Assembly (NCBI RefSeq): GCF_018977255.1
Contig: NW_024704743.1
Coordinates: forward strand, 42,844,001-42,908,000
DNA: 64,000 nt
DNA from: Callorhinchus milii
Taxonomy: Eukaryota
Direction of reading: 5' to 3'
Part shown: positions 1-12,988 of the stretch, one piece after another
How the letters are laid out: each line of letters begins with the position of its first letter
Numbering within the stretch: position 1 is the first letter of the stretch
Translations under genes and position numbers: made by a program
The notes under the pieces: model-generated
Database searches by the model: none
What the model was told of the DNA's origin: nothing
The model's input: the letters and a program-made list of their open reading frames with translations, nothing else

Positions 1-670
1 TAAAGCGCCGTCTGCTCCTGTCCTTCCCCCCACTCGGCTCCGCCACTGTCTCACACCACCAGCTGCCGAAACCCTCATACATGCCTTCATTGCATTGAGG
101 CTTGATTATGCAAACTTATTGCTTCTCGGCCTCCCCAACCCCTCCCTCCATAGGTCTCAGATTATCCAGAACTCTGCAGCCCCTGTCCTCTCCCGCACCA
201 GGCACCCCCATCCTCGCCCGACTCCACTGGCTTCCCATCACACAGAGGATACAGTTCAAGATCCTGGTCCTCACCTTCAAAGCCCTCCATGGTCTTGCTT
301 CCGCCGACCTCGCCAAGCTCCTAACACCCTACCACCTTGTTCGCTCCCTCAGCTCAGCGGGCTCCGGCCTGCTTCACGTCCCCCACTTTGCTTGCCCCAC
401 TATTGGCGGGCGGGCCTTCTGCCACTCTGCCCCTACCCTCTGGAACTCCATCCTGCAGTCTCTCTGCCTCACCACCTCCCTTACCACCTTCCAGACCTAT
501 CTCAAGACCCTTCTCTTCGACCATGTTTTCGATCTCCTTGTTTCCCCCCACTTCCCTTCACCCTCCCCGAACCCAACCCCCAGCTCCGCTCTCTGTCTGT
601 CCAGTGCCCTGGGACATCCGGCTGACATGAAAGGCGCTTTACAAATGTAATTTTGTTGCTGTTGTTGTCC
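1..670 (+). mobile_element. LINE2 3' fragment
   Basis: Degenerate ORF2 C-terminus (RLDYAN, IIQNSAA, LHWLPI..RIQFKILVLTFKALHG), 3' stem-loop and (TTG)n tail. Confidence 0.9.
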
Positions 671-984
671 TGTAATCTACCATTACCCAAGTGTCAGAAA
701 AGCACTTGCTTCTAACCAGTGTTCACAGGGTGATTTCCACAGTAACTGTCCTTGTGCCCTCAGTAAGTGAGACATTGACTCACTCACTGAGGACACAAGG
801 ACCTCTTTCAGTTGTGGAATGATCAATATTAGCTGTGTATTCCATCTCCAATGGGGACTCCATTAAGAATGTCCCAAGACCATTTCACTGAAGACCTTCA
901 AAATAAAAAGAGAGGAGAGTTTAATTTGGTAAATGTGGTCTTGGTTTAACCCGAGGTCCTAGAAACAAAAGGATCATGTTCACA

Positions 985-1400
985 AGATCGTAAGATCAAG
1001 ATATAGATGAAGATCGCTCTTCGGCCCTTCCAATATCATCCTTGCAGAACATCTACCTCACTGACCCCATCACAGCATCAAGCTATTTTTTTAAAGAGTC
1101 CAGCCTCAATCATCTTTCCTGACAACCTGTTCCAGTTGTTAATTATCCTCGGCATAAAGGAAACATCCTGGTATCTGTCTTAAAATTGTTCTTTGCAACT
1201 CTAAACCTACACCCTTTTGTTCTACTGTCTTGGTGCATCCTAAAATATTGTTCTGAGTTTACTTTCTCAATCCCAAATAAGGTCCTCTCTTAGATACCTT
1301 TTCTCAAGACTGAAGAGCCTTCGCTTGTCCAAGCGTTGCTCATAGTTCAATCCCCTAACATTGGAGATCATCCTCATTGCTCTCCTCTAAGCCCTGGTCA
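985..1400 (-). mobile_element. CR1 LINE 3' fragment
   Basis: Reverse-strand CR1-type 3' end (short tandem tail, ttcggccc, ctgttccagttgttaattatcctc...). Confidence 0.6.
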
Positions 1401-2789
1401 GCATGTTTTAACACTATTGTGTGAACCAGCACCTTTGCAGTCTGTGCAATGTGATGTTCCACAGCACCCATTCTTCTCCCCATAGCCTCTGACAATGAAT
1501 TATTCTCTAGCTGAAATGTTCCTCAAAATAGCCAAACCGATTCTATTGTGTGAAAAACTAAACTTGTCGCAACCATGGCAAAGCTGACATGCAAGTCTGC
1601 TTCTGCTTAAAATTAAACAGAACACTCTGGTAAATACTTTTTCATGGAAACACTGCCATGGCAGCAATGTGCCTTGAAGGAATTAAAGAAAACAGTGACA
1701 TTGATAATTCTAAAGTAGGATAAAGTGAAAAATGACTTCTGATGGAACCAGAAGGGTAAAAATAATTGGTGCATTATGTCATACTCAATTCTTGTAGAGT
1801 TGCTTAATTTTCATTACATGGGAGAAACAGGGAGGCCATTTTGACAAATCTTCTCCAAATCACATAGCTGTGAGCTGTATTCCTCTATTCAGTGATTCAA
1901 ACAGTATGTTTTTTNATAACTTACTGGTCTGTGGAAGCGACCAATTGCAAGCAAGTATGAGCAACAAGGCCAGTGCCTTTCTAGTCATTCTAGTAACTCC
2001 CAGAAACAGGACCCAGGACAGCTACTCACAAGAGGGTCTGAACTTTGGGAATGTGACACAGGCTGTAGCACAAGTGTTTGAGTGTACTGTAAAAAAGCAA
2101 GTAGACTTGAATGGTTTAATAATCACCATATCTCTGGCATTTATTTACAGCTTGTACTAGACTTTAAATTCTTGTAGTTGCATAAACTTTTCTTCATTGT
2201 CTTAACACACACACATTGGAGGAATGAAATTTATGGCATGTGATGTGATAACTTATCACTGATGATAATTGTAAAAAGTAATCTTGCATTTGATAGAACT
2301 TCTTATCATGAACATCAACAAAATTATGAATTATTGCAAGATGCAGAATTCACAATTATTTTTGTTTCATTCTTAATGACAGGTTTGAGGTCGAAGATCA
2401 CTCCAACCTGTGGACCAGGCCTTTTCAGCACAGTTTCCAACCTGTTCAGTACTAAATCAAGTTACATTTTAAACACAAGAGTAGCTTTGTCATCTTGAAA
2501 TCTAACCATTAGAATGGCTTTTTAATCTAATTTTCTTTGGTTTTAGAATTATTGTAAGCCACTATCAGTTGAAGAAACGTGAATTCTATGCTCCAAATGG
2601 CTTCGATGAAAGATTTTTCAAATTGAGTAAAACAATCTAAAAAAAGTTACACCACCAGTGGCAATTATCAGATCACATAATTTGTTAAGTTTTCCTGTGT
2701 GAATTTTACTTTTTTTGTATCCTAAAATATTATATCTGGTCAGCCGGGTGACTGGCACAAGTGGAAACCTATATTTAAAAGTCCCTAAC

Positions 2790-2930
2790 TACAACAACAA
2801 CAATAAAATTACATTTGCATAGTGCCTTTCACGTCCAGAGGACGTCCCAAGGTGTGGGACAGACAGAGTTTCGGACCCGAGCTGGGGATTGGGGAGGGTA
2901 GAGGGTGGGGGAAAGCAGGGTGATCAAAAC
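2790..2930 (-). mobile_element. LINE2 3' tail
   Basis: (AAC)n followed by the reverse complement of the L2 terminal stem-loop. Confidence 0.8.
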
Positions 2931-3109
2931 TACTGAGAATTTTACATGTGTGTGGTTTCCATTTGGTATTATACCTGGCAAGAATTCAATTTTCACCTGG
3001 CCACACTCTGCTTTTGTGCAACTTGCCCCGTGACCCATCCTGATTACCTTTGTCTTGCGTGAAAAATGTCTTTGTTCAGTCCGATGTCTGATACATGTTT
3101 GCCATCTAC

Positions 3110-3600
3110 ACATGGAAATGTCTGTGTCTGGAATGAAATGCATACTCTGTTTACCTAATACCGAAGAGCATTAGGCACAGGTTGGCAAGAGCCAAGGTTT
3201 AGGGACCCTAGAGTGTGTATTGGGGTACTGCTGGAGTCTAACCAGCTAAAAATGCACAGCTTGCCATTGAGTGCACTGTTTGGCAAAATTTGCACTGCTT
3301 GTCCATTTAGGACCATCTTACCTGTTAGTGCTTTGGCTTGCAGGCTTGACAGGAGCTGATTGGGAAGAATCCCTGCCCCCAGTGACTCATCTGGCCTTCC
3401 AGGTCCCGTTGATGTAGCGCCTCTAGATGTGAAAGGCGCTATACAAATGTAATTTGTTGTTGTTGATGATGAGGCAGTGCTGTCTGGGCTTTCATCAGCA
3501 GTGCCCTGAATCGCTGGGCTCAGGAACCAGACCACCACATCTGCCACAGAAATGTTGACTTGATTCCAATATTCTGCATGAGCAATATGCCTGGGAATGG
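3110..3600 (-). repeat. Unclassified interspersed repeat, copy A (carries a ~47-bp L2 tail insert)
   Basis: Shares ggttggcaagagccaaggttt, ctgctggagtctaaccagct and tcatcagcagtgccct blocks with the copies at 23.2 kb and 48.1 kb. Confidence 0.8.
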
Positions 3601-4935
3601 TAGGGAGTGAAGCACCATATTGATTCCCTGAAAAGCAAGTTTTTCTTAAGGAAGTCACGTCCCCCTTCCCTCCCCTCCTCACTCACATTTATATTCCCCA
3701 TGCACAGAGTATTCTCGGAATTTGAAGTGTAGACATTGGCATCTCTGCTGTTGGTGGGTGACAGGAATACCTGAGCGACTACTCTTGTCTCCTTGGAATA
3801 TCAATCCAATCATGTTAAACAGTGCTTTATGATGTTTAGAATGAAATGAATAACACACTATTAAGTGACTTAAGTTGAATCTAGCAAAACAAGAGCTACT
3901 TCAAATACATGAAACTCACAGAAATTCTTAGTTGCAAATTTCACAGCAATAACAACAAGCACTGTCACAAAAGTCATTGTATGCCATAGAACTGATTGAA
4001 GCTTATTTTCATTTCCCAATCTCCAGTGGTTCATTATATGAAAGGCTTTTGATTAACGCTGTTGTCAGCATCAGCAAGTGCACTGTCAGTCCCGACAGAG
4101 ACAGAGACAAACTGAGATATCCATGGCTGGCTATATCCAGGGAAATTGAGGATATTGTCTCTAATTACCATCATTTTCTTCTTCGAATGAGAAACAATAA
4201 CATCTCGGAAATGTTTTGTCAAATGATTTTCCTGTTAATGAAGTGATTTAGGTCTCTCATCACTTTGGAGGAGCGAAGCTGACAGTTTCTGGAGTTTGTT
4301 TTAAAAAATACCTTCTCAAACTGTCATATAGTTCAGCCCCAGAAATGAATCTTTACTGACAAGCAGGTGCTTCTGCAGCAGGTCAAGATTTTGGCTGGAG
4401 ATGGGTCCTGCTGGAGAGAAAAGCAATTAATTTATCTGCTTGCAAAAATTAAAAATGATAAAATAAGATGAGCATATTTTTTAAAGCATCTTCAATTCTC
4501 TTCATTTGCATATTTTGACTAAATTGCTTACTCCTGTACATTTGTGAGATTAAAATTCCCAGAGTGTTCCACTGGAATCTCAGTACACAAATGTAATGAG
4601 GTCTCACAGCATTACCAAGGGGGCCATGAATTGTGGATTAGTTCTGTATTTTAATACTAAATATCTGGCCTGAGCTTCCTTTGACGGCTCAGCATGTTTA
4701 CCCAGTGATTAGCTGAGTCCTACAGAGTGGGAAGGTCCTAAATTCAAACGCTGTTTCGTGCTGATACCAGCAAGGGTGCCATTAGCAATGCTACAATTAC
4801 CTATAAATGCACAGTAACCCGCCTTCACAGTATATCTTTACAGTATTTCACACACAAAATACACAGTCAGTTCACTTTACAATATATTTTATGAAGCGCT
4901 TTGAGACATCTCAACAACATGATAAGGTGCTATAT

Positions 4936-5050
4936 CAAATGCAAGGATTATTTTGATATTTTGATGATGTGATAGAGGGCTACACCAAATGCAAGGATTA
5001 TTTTGATATTTTGATGATGTGATAGAGGGCTACACCAAATGCAAGGATTA
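4936..5050 (+). repeat. Tandem repeat, 50-bp unit x 2.3, derived from a SINE tail
   Basis: 4936-4985 is identical to 4986-5035, followed by a partial third unit. Confidence 0.9.
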
Positions 5051-5169
5051 GGATTATTACTACAATTGGACCCAGTCACACGGAAAGTGAATCAGATTTC
5101 CTGCTCATGGTTGCTCTCCAGAGACATTGACATTGAAAATTCTCGTGTGTGAGTACGCAAGCTGCGTCT

Positions 5170-5690
5170 TCCAGTTCGCTGATGTCCTGTCAGCTTGTCT
5201 GATGGACATCAAGGCCTGGATAAGCGCAAATTTCCAGCAGCTGAATGTCGGCAAGATGGAAGCCATACTCTTTGGCTTCCGTCAACATCTTCTTTATTGC
5301 AAGTCCAAACTCCTGAACCTAACCGGGCTGTCCCTCAGACTCACTGAACCCATGCGCAATCTAGGTGTTAGGTTCGATCCACAGCTTTCCTTTCTCCCCC
5401 ACATTCGTTTCCTGACCAGGACCACTTTTTTTCACCTCCGGCACATTGTCCTCTGTCCGTACCTCACACCCACATCAGCCGAAACCCTCAGCCACACCTT
5501 TGCAATTTCATGGCTGGACTTTTCAAAAGCCCTCCTCACTGGCCTCCCAAGTTCCACCATATATAAAATACAATTAATTCAGAGCTCCTGTTCACCCCTC
5601 TCCCCCTCTGCTCCACCATCGGCAGCTGTGCTTTTAGTCACTATGCCCCAAAGTTCTGGAACTCACTTTCCCAATCCCTCTGCCCTTGAA
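5170..5690 (+). mobile_element. LINE2 ORF2 fragment with an internal deletion
   Basis: CLMDIKAWISANFQQLNVGKMEA...RNLGVRFDPQLSF motif. Confidence 0.85.
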
Positions 5691-5704
5691 AAATGATCCA
5701 ACAA

Positions 5705-5853
5705 ACAACTAACAATCAAATTCCTACTTACTGCTGGGTAAACATGGGCATGTGGAAAAAGGATGCTTGCCTAAGGTTTTGCCCTGCCTGGGAATCGAAC
5801 TGGGATCCTGTCACTTGCGAGGCAAGTGCACAAACAACTCAGCTATGGGACTC
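5705..5853 (-). mobile_element. tRNA-Ala-derived SINE, 5' half
   Basis: Reverse complement of the SINE head seen at 57961. Confidence 0.75.
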
Positions 5854-8329
5854 ACAGTTATCAAAATTGGTTGGGGGCAGAGGTGAAGCGAACAAACAAG
5901 GAGCAGCGGTTAGGATCAGCATTTGAGAAGCAATGTTTTTCTTTGCTAACAATTAAACTTCTTGATAATCTAGAAAATTAATACAACAACAACTTTTACA
6001 TGGTACATTTCACATGGGGTAGCGTCTCGGAACACTGATACCTCCACATCATAAGTCACAGAAGTAAGAGGAAAGTAAAGGAATTTTATTTTTTATTAGA
6101 ATAAAGACAGTTTGTATCCAGCCTGGATTTTGGAAATTTACTGAGAGCTCAACTCAGTTCCCAATCAGGTCCAAAGGCTGACAGGTGTCAGCCCCACATG
6201 CAATGTATTGAGCAGTCACAGGTTGAAGTGGCGATGTTTACAAATAGCAGCTGGTACTTTCGTCATGCCAGGAACCAGTAAAAGGAAAAAAATAATAGGT
6301 GAAAATCTCCCAGAAGAATTACTTAACGGTAAGTAAGGATTGCAAGTGAGGAGCGATGGCTGAGTCTGAATGTGCAGAAGAGGCTAAGTCTCATCAGTAT
6401 TCAGCCTGAGCTGAAGGCACTAAACAAATAAAACAAAAACAGAAAAGAAGGATGCCACGGTATATGAAGGGTTGTTCTTTCTGAGTTATAGCCTGCCTGC
6501 CAGTGCATTGGACTGACACAACTGCACATGAATTTTGGATCACTTCCATTGATACTGGTGTTGATCTCAGCATTTCCTGTAGCCAAGGGTGAAAACCGTG
6601 GAGAAACTAGCCTGAAGGCATCAACACAGGAAAAATGAACCCTTTGATGCCGGCAGCAATGTCTCCGCATTCACATAGAGACAATTGTGTTATTCGAGTT
6701 TAAAGAGGCAAATCCAATCAGCAGAAGATTTAAGATTTCACCCTGATTCACTTTGCATTAGTCAATGGAAAATCTGGAGTTAGGCTTGCTGATAATGAAC
6801 AATAAGTTGCATATTAATTGCAGCTTAAATGCACAGAACCTGCTTGGACACGAGAGAAGCAGGGCCTGTTGTGCAGAAAACGACATAAACAGACCATGTA
6901 TGCTAATAAATTAGGGTTGTGCATATTTCTTGAGATTTTTTTCCTAATCATATTTTTTTTATTTCGCCGTTTTTCTAACTTTGCAACAGCAGCTCTGAGA
7001 CAGAGTTGCAGTCAATTCAGAGCTAAGATTAAACTGTGAGCATTTTAAAATGGATCTTAGTTCATCGGAAATGTCCTTTATCCCTACCCACACACATATG
7101 GTTCAGCAACACTTCATTTTAATGTGGCATCAGCAACCTTTTAACAATGATGTAATTATAGATATCTGAGAAAGTTTTTTTATATTGGATAATATATAGG
7201 CTGGAATGGTTTATTTTGTCGGATAATGGTTGGGAATTTTTTTCATAGGATAATTAATGGCTGGTAGTAGGTTATTATTTAGGATGATAGATAGAATGGA
7301 ACAGGTTAGTAAATAGAATAATTGGTAGTTTGGGATTATTGTACAACACCGTAGATGGCTAGTTATGAGCTAATCTATTAGGTAATAAGTGACAGGAAGT
7401 GGTTTAATGTATGATTTTATCTGAGAAAGATTTATAGAGGATATATAGAAATGTATTGATAATGGATATTGTGCAATGATCATTTTACAGGATAATAGAT
7501 ATGAATATTATCTGGAAGAATATGTTGAACAGCTTCTCTTGAAGCTACAATCCCACACAAATTTATTTTGATACATTTAAGATGCTGTTTCTGCACTCAG
7601 TGTTATTGTTAGTTCCAATTACCAAAGGTGCAAAAACTAGCAGGGAATACAGTTCTTGTAATTGGTAGATAAACCAATATTACATGTAACCCAGATTCAC
7701 TTTAAATCAGCACCATAGAGTGTCCAACAGCCAATTTAACCAATTAACTGCTTGTGGTGTGATCGGAATGGGATTTATCCTCTATCCCTTGTCCTCAACT
7801 GGAGATCAATTGCCATGAAACATCAAAACACACAGCCAGCTTTGCTCAGGTTGAATTATAGTAGAACAGTGTGACTGTGAGGGAGGCGTACTGATTATAG
7901 AAAAGTTTCTGCAAAATAGTTAATGGAAGCAGCCATTTCCTGAAAAGACCATACAAGGGAGAGTTCTGCTATTGCATTCAGAATCACTTAGCCTCCAGCA
8001 GTGTAGTGATGTGAATTTATACTTTCTCTCTGTAGTGTGTCAAATCACAGCTGCAAAGAAGCAACTTGATTTGACAAGCGCCACATCAAAAATGAATATT
8101 CGTTGTTTAGTTGGGTTCATAATAGCATTACCAAATTATTTCCTGAATACTCTCATGCCATACTTTGATTGTTAGAGAGAAAAAAGTTGGTGCAATTTAC
8201 ACACAGCAATTTTAAACTAACGTGGTTGTGGTTGTGAATTGCAATGCTCCTAAATACAGTTCCCTAATGTGGTGCAAGGAGCAAGGTTCCAGTGTAATTC
8301 ATGCTACCTCTGCCCCCTTCCCCTTTAAA

Positions 8330-8770
8330 AAACAACTTGCCTTATATATTGTCCTTCTTGCGGGTAGTGTCTCATGGCACTTAATAGTGGTGTGGTGTGA
8401 TGCCAAGCTGGAAAGGGAAGGGAGGTGACCAAAGGCACGGTCGAAGAGTAATTACTTCTCTTTGACCGAGCCTTCAGCTCCCCTCTCGACTCTCTTCCCC
8501 CTTCTCGCTCCCTCCCATCCCTCCCCTCACCCTGACCATTTCCCCCCTCCTCGCTCCCTCCCCTCCCCTCACCCTGACCATTTGCCCCCTGCTCGGGTCA
8601 TGACCCAACTGTACAGCGCCTTGGGACGTCCTCCTGACGTGAAAGGCGCTTTATACATGGAATCTTGTTGTTGTTGTTGTTGTGTGATTTGAAGATGAGC
8701 AAAGGAGGCAAGACGGAAGGATTGAGGCAAGAAGTTTCAGAGCTTCAGGGCATAGAGCCAGAGATATACT
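8330..8770. mobile_element. Nested L2 3' ends: a + strand tail (about 8455-8683) inside an older - strand L2 fragment
   Basis: The - strand L2 resumes after the (TTG)n tail. The insert matches 29987-30216. Confidence 0.75.
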
Positions 8771-8984
8771 GCCCATCATTGTCAAAATCACAGCAATTTG
8801 TAGCAAAACATGCATGATAAAGTAGTGTAAGACAACATAGTAGGGTAAGGACAAGCAGACAGTCAGAAATAAGACCCAATTACCTGGCCTGACACAAGAA
8901 CAGTGAATTTAGAGGCATTGTTAGGACAGTAAGGCAGTGACTGAGTTGTGATATTTTCTAAGAAATGACATATCTATTGTGACT

Positions 8985-9560
8985 ACTGCAATGCCAGGTG
9001 TCTGAAGGTAACAACAAGCTTTGAACTTCTTCACTCCTGGGAGTTTCCAGACACCATCCAAAGATATTTCTGGCATCATCCTACTACCCGTCAATAGGTA
9101 CACAGAGCACAGATGCCTTGCTGAGGAGGGTGAATATGTATGTTCACTCAGCCATGACTCCCAGAAGCAGGTGGAAAGGCAGATTGTTCTTTCTGAAATT
9201 GGAGGGATCCCTATGGCACAAGGGATCATCGGCTGCATGAATGTGGCCATCAGGGCTCTAGCCTTTCATGAATCATAAAATATTCCACTCCATCATGGTG
9301 GAGATGTCATGTGATCACTGTCAAAAAATAATACATCTCAATGCCAAATATCTTGGTGCAACGCTACATGCATCTATTCTACAGACTCCTTCAGCACCTG
9401 ATTTATTCCACGGATCTAACAGAATGAATGATATGGGTTATGGTTGTCTTCTTGGCTTATATGAGTCTTCTTAAGCATCCCCTTATATTTAACAAGGTTA
9501 TTTCCAGAACACAAATGTACATCGAGGAAACTTCAGCAAGTTGAAGTAGGATTCAGAGGG
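8985..9560 (+). mobile_element. Degenerate PIF/Harbinger transposase fossil
   Basis: Frameshifted motifs LNFFTPGSFQ, IGGIPMAQGIIGCMNVAIRA, NHKIFHSIMVEMSCDH...NAKYLGA and SRTQMYIEE..LK.RFR follow the HARBI1/DDE_Tnp_4 pattern in order. Confidence 0.75.
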
Positions 9561-9674
9561 CAAACATTTCTCATCGACTTAGTTGTAATAACAATAATCC
9601 TTCTATTTGTTATAGCACTTTTTTATATCAGGGGAAAGTCTCAAAGCACTTTACACAAGACACCGTAAAGTTTT

Positions 9675-10062
9675 GCCCACAAAAATATACAATCATTTAC
9701 TTTACAGTATATTCTGTGAAGCGCTTTGAGACGTCTCAAAGATGTGATAAGGCCCTATATCAAATGCAAGGATTATTATTATTGTAAGTATAGTGACTGT
9801 GTTCTGTGGGAAAACTCAGCAGTCAATGCACATAACGATGCTCCACAAACAAAAAATATAATAACTTGGTCACTCAATCCATGACTGTTGTGGGATACTG
9901 CTGTCTGCAATTGGCTGCTGTGTTTCGCCCACAAAATATAAAATAAACAATAATACTAAATAAACAATCAATTCACTTTACAGTATATTCTGTGAAGCGT
10001 TTTGAGACATCTCAAAGACGTGATAAGGTGTTATATCAAATGCAAGAATTATTTATTTTATT
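9675..10062 (+). mobile_element. Two 3' fragments of the tRNA-Ala/Deu SINE
   Basis: Deu-like ctgctgtctgcaattggctgctgtgtttcgcccac and the tail tatcaaatgcaaggattatt. Confidence 0.8.
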
Positions 10063-10540
10063 AAACAGCCATGGAGTGAATGACCAAATTTATTTGAGGG
10101 ATTGTTGGCCATTGAAAGTACATTATCGATTATGATACTTCCAACAATTAATAGTACAGTCAATGAAACTAGTTTGTAACTCACTATTATAACTATTTAT
10201 CAAATAATAATCATTGCATTTTATATTGCGCTTTTTACCTTGGGAGGATCTCGCAAAGTTTTTCCTTTAAAGTGTGGTGACTGTACATTTTATAGATGAA
10301 TACAGAATCCAATTTTACATAGCAATGTCACATAAACAGCCATGAATTGAATGCCCAATATTTTTATCTAGGAGATTATTAGCCAGAACACCAGGAGCAA
10401 CTCTTTTTGAATTGTACTGTTGGATCTTTACCATGCGCTTGAACAGGCTCAACCAAAGGCTGGCACCTCCAACAATGCAGCGCAGACCTAGTATTATATT
10501 ATATTATATTGAATCGTATCGGATTGTGTATTGTAAATTA

Positions 10541-10760
10541 TGCATGCAGTCAGTGATTGCTTTTGCTGTAAGGATGCCTCCAATTTCAAAATGAACATGT
10601 TGCCTTTCCACCTGGTTCTGGGTGTCACAGCTGAACGCACATACATATTCAACTCCTCAGCTGGGCACCTGTGATCTGTGCACCTATTGACAGGTGGTTG
10701 GATGACAGCAAATGTCTCTGGATGGTGTCTGGAAACTGACAGAAGTGAAAATGTTTACTA
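10541..10760 (-). mobile_element. Second Harbinger transposase fragment, inverted relative to 9023-9241
   Basis: Its reverse complement aligns colinearly with 9023-9241 (agtttccagacaccatcca, gtcaatagg, gaatatgtatgt, caggtggaaaggca, gaaattggagg). Confidence 0.8.
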
Positions 10761-11479
10761 TATTGGACTTTGAACTATCTGAGTTCAAACCTGATGTGGG
10801 GCTTGAACCCACAACCTTCTGACGCAGAGGCAAAAGTGCTACCAAGTGAACCATGCTGACATTCTCTAACATTAAGCACTTGTCCCAGTGCCTTGGGATG
10901 TCTTCCAAACATGAAAGACGCTTTACAAATGTAATTTGGTAATTTTGTGTAGTATTGTTGAACTATTGCCTGATTTCCCTGAGAATTCAATGGCTCCCAG
11001 ACATACAATTCAAGCTAAAAAGGTTACCGTTTTACTAAGCTCTGCACCTCCTGAGTACTGCTCTTTGCGTGTGTGTGTGTGTGTGTACGTGGTGGGGGGA
11101 GGGCATACAGGATATCAGGAGAGCCCCTAAATTATACTTTTATAACAATATAATGTATGGATAGGTAATCATCAGACTTGTGCGCATTTCTTATTCCAAA
11201 ATGTATCAAACCTATAGGTTTAATAAAATGTAGAGGACAAGAAATTCTTTAGGTCGCTAAGACTACTAACATAGACATGTCCGCTCACAGGGTGGGAGGC
11301 TCAGTTAAACACACGTCAATGTCACTGCACATAACGACATGAGGAAACTTTCGGCAATAAAGTTAACTGTGCAAAACTAACTTGTAAGAAAATGAAGCCC
11401 ATCATATCAGTGCAATGCAGTGACATTGTCAACTTGCTTTATCCACTGGCACTGTTCCAACCCCCCTAAAAACATTTGT

Positions 11480-12988
11480 CATCACCCGCATCCTCAAAAA
11501 ACCTTCCCTGGATCCATCCCTACTCTCCAGCTATCACCCTATCTCCAACCTCCCATTCCTCTCCAAGGCTCTGGAACGAGTGGTCGTGTCCCAGCTTCGC
11601 TCTTTCATCTCTCACCATTCCCTCTCTGAACCACTCCAATAGGGATTCTGTGCTGCGCACAGCATGAAAACAGCCCTGGTCAATGACACTAACAACATTC
11701 TGAATATCTGCGACCAGAGCTCTCTCTGCCTCCTTGTCCTCCTCGACCTCTCTGCTGTCTTTGACACTGTCAACCATTCTATCCTCCTACACCGTCTCTC
11801 CTCTCAGCTCAATCTTCATGGACCTGCTGTTGCCTGGTTTGAATCCTACCTCTCCCATCGTCTCCACTTTGTCACCATTAATGGCTTCTCCTCCAGGCCC
11901 CACACCGTCACATGTGGCGTTCCCTCAGGGCTCTGTCCTTGGCCTTCTCCTTTTCAATATCTATATGCTCCCCCTTGGTGACATTATCCGCAGACATGGG
12001 GTCAATTTCCACATGTATACAGATGATACCCAACTGTACCTCTCTGCCTCTACCCTCGATCCAGGACCATTGCTGCCCTCACAGACTGCTTGTTGGACAT
12101 CAAGTCCTGGATGAGAGCTAACTTCCGGCAGTTGAAAGTCAACAAGACCGAGGCCTTCCTACTTGGCTCCCGTCAGTGCTTCCATACCTCGAGCACTGAC
12201 AGCATCTCCCTCCAAGGATGCACTCTACGTCTCACGGAGCCAATATGGAACCTTGGCATCCTGTTCGACCATCAACTATCGTTCATACCCCACATCCGCG
12301 CCATGCCCCACTCCGCCTTTCCCCATCTCCGCAACATCACTTGGCTCCTCCATTGTCTCACACCACAGGCTGCCAAGATCCTCATACACGCATTCATAAT
12401 GTCCCAGCTCGACTATGCAAACTCCCTGCTTGTCGGCCGCTCCAACTCCTCCCCTCCATAGGCTGCAGAGTATCCAGAACTCTGCAGTCTGTGTCTTCTC
12501 CTGCACCAGGCTCCGCACCTTTTCATCCCAATCCTCCCCCAACTCCATTGGCTTCCCAGCACACTGAGGATAAGTTCAAGATCCTGGTCCTCAACTTCAA
12601 ATCCCTCCATGGCCTTGCTCCCCACTACCTCTGTGACCTCCTAACCCCCTACCAATTGCCCGCTCCTTCCACTCAGCGGGCTCTGGCTTGCTTCATGTCT
12701 TCTGCCTCACCCGCCTCACCATTGGCGGGCAGGCCTTCAGTCACTCTGGAACTCCATCTCGCAGTCCCTCTGCCTCACCCCCTCCCTTGCCTCCTTCAAG
12801 GCCCATCTCAAGACTCTCCTCTTTGACCATGCCTTCGGTCACCCTCCTTCTCCCCCTTTCCTCCACCCTCTCTGATCCCGTTCCCCAACTCAGGTCCGAA
12901 ACACCGATTGTCCAGCACCTTGCTACATCCTCCCAAAGTGAAAGGCGCGATATAAGTTTAATTTTATTGTATTTTGTCGTTGTTGTTG
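11480..12988 (+). mobile_element. 5'-truncated LINE2 with degenerate reverse transcriptase domain
   Basis: [22 protein letters not shown] and YTDDTQLY motifs, frameshifts, L2 3' stem-loop and tail. Confidence 0.93.

Noticed and set aside
3155..3682. 175-aa ORF on the - strand with partial peptide similarity to ORFs at 23.4 and 48.4 kb
   Set aside because: The similarity reflects the shared DNA repeat. The frame runs through an L2-tail insertion and is not preserved between copies.
4936..5050. Direct repeats superficially like a CRISPR array
   Set aside because: The units are identical with no unique spacers, they derive from a SINE tail, and the context is eukaryotic.
7180..7520. Purine-skewed degenerate ggataatag-like region
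   Set aside because: Low-complexity sequence without a definable period or coding signal.
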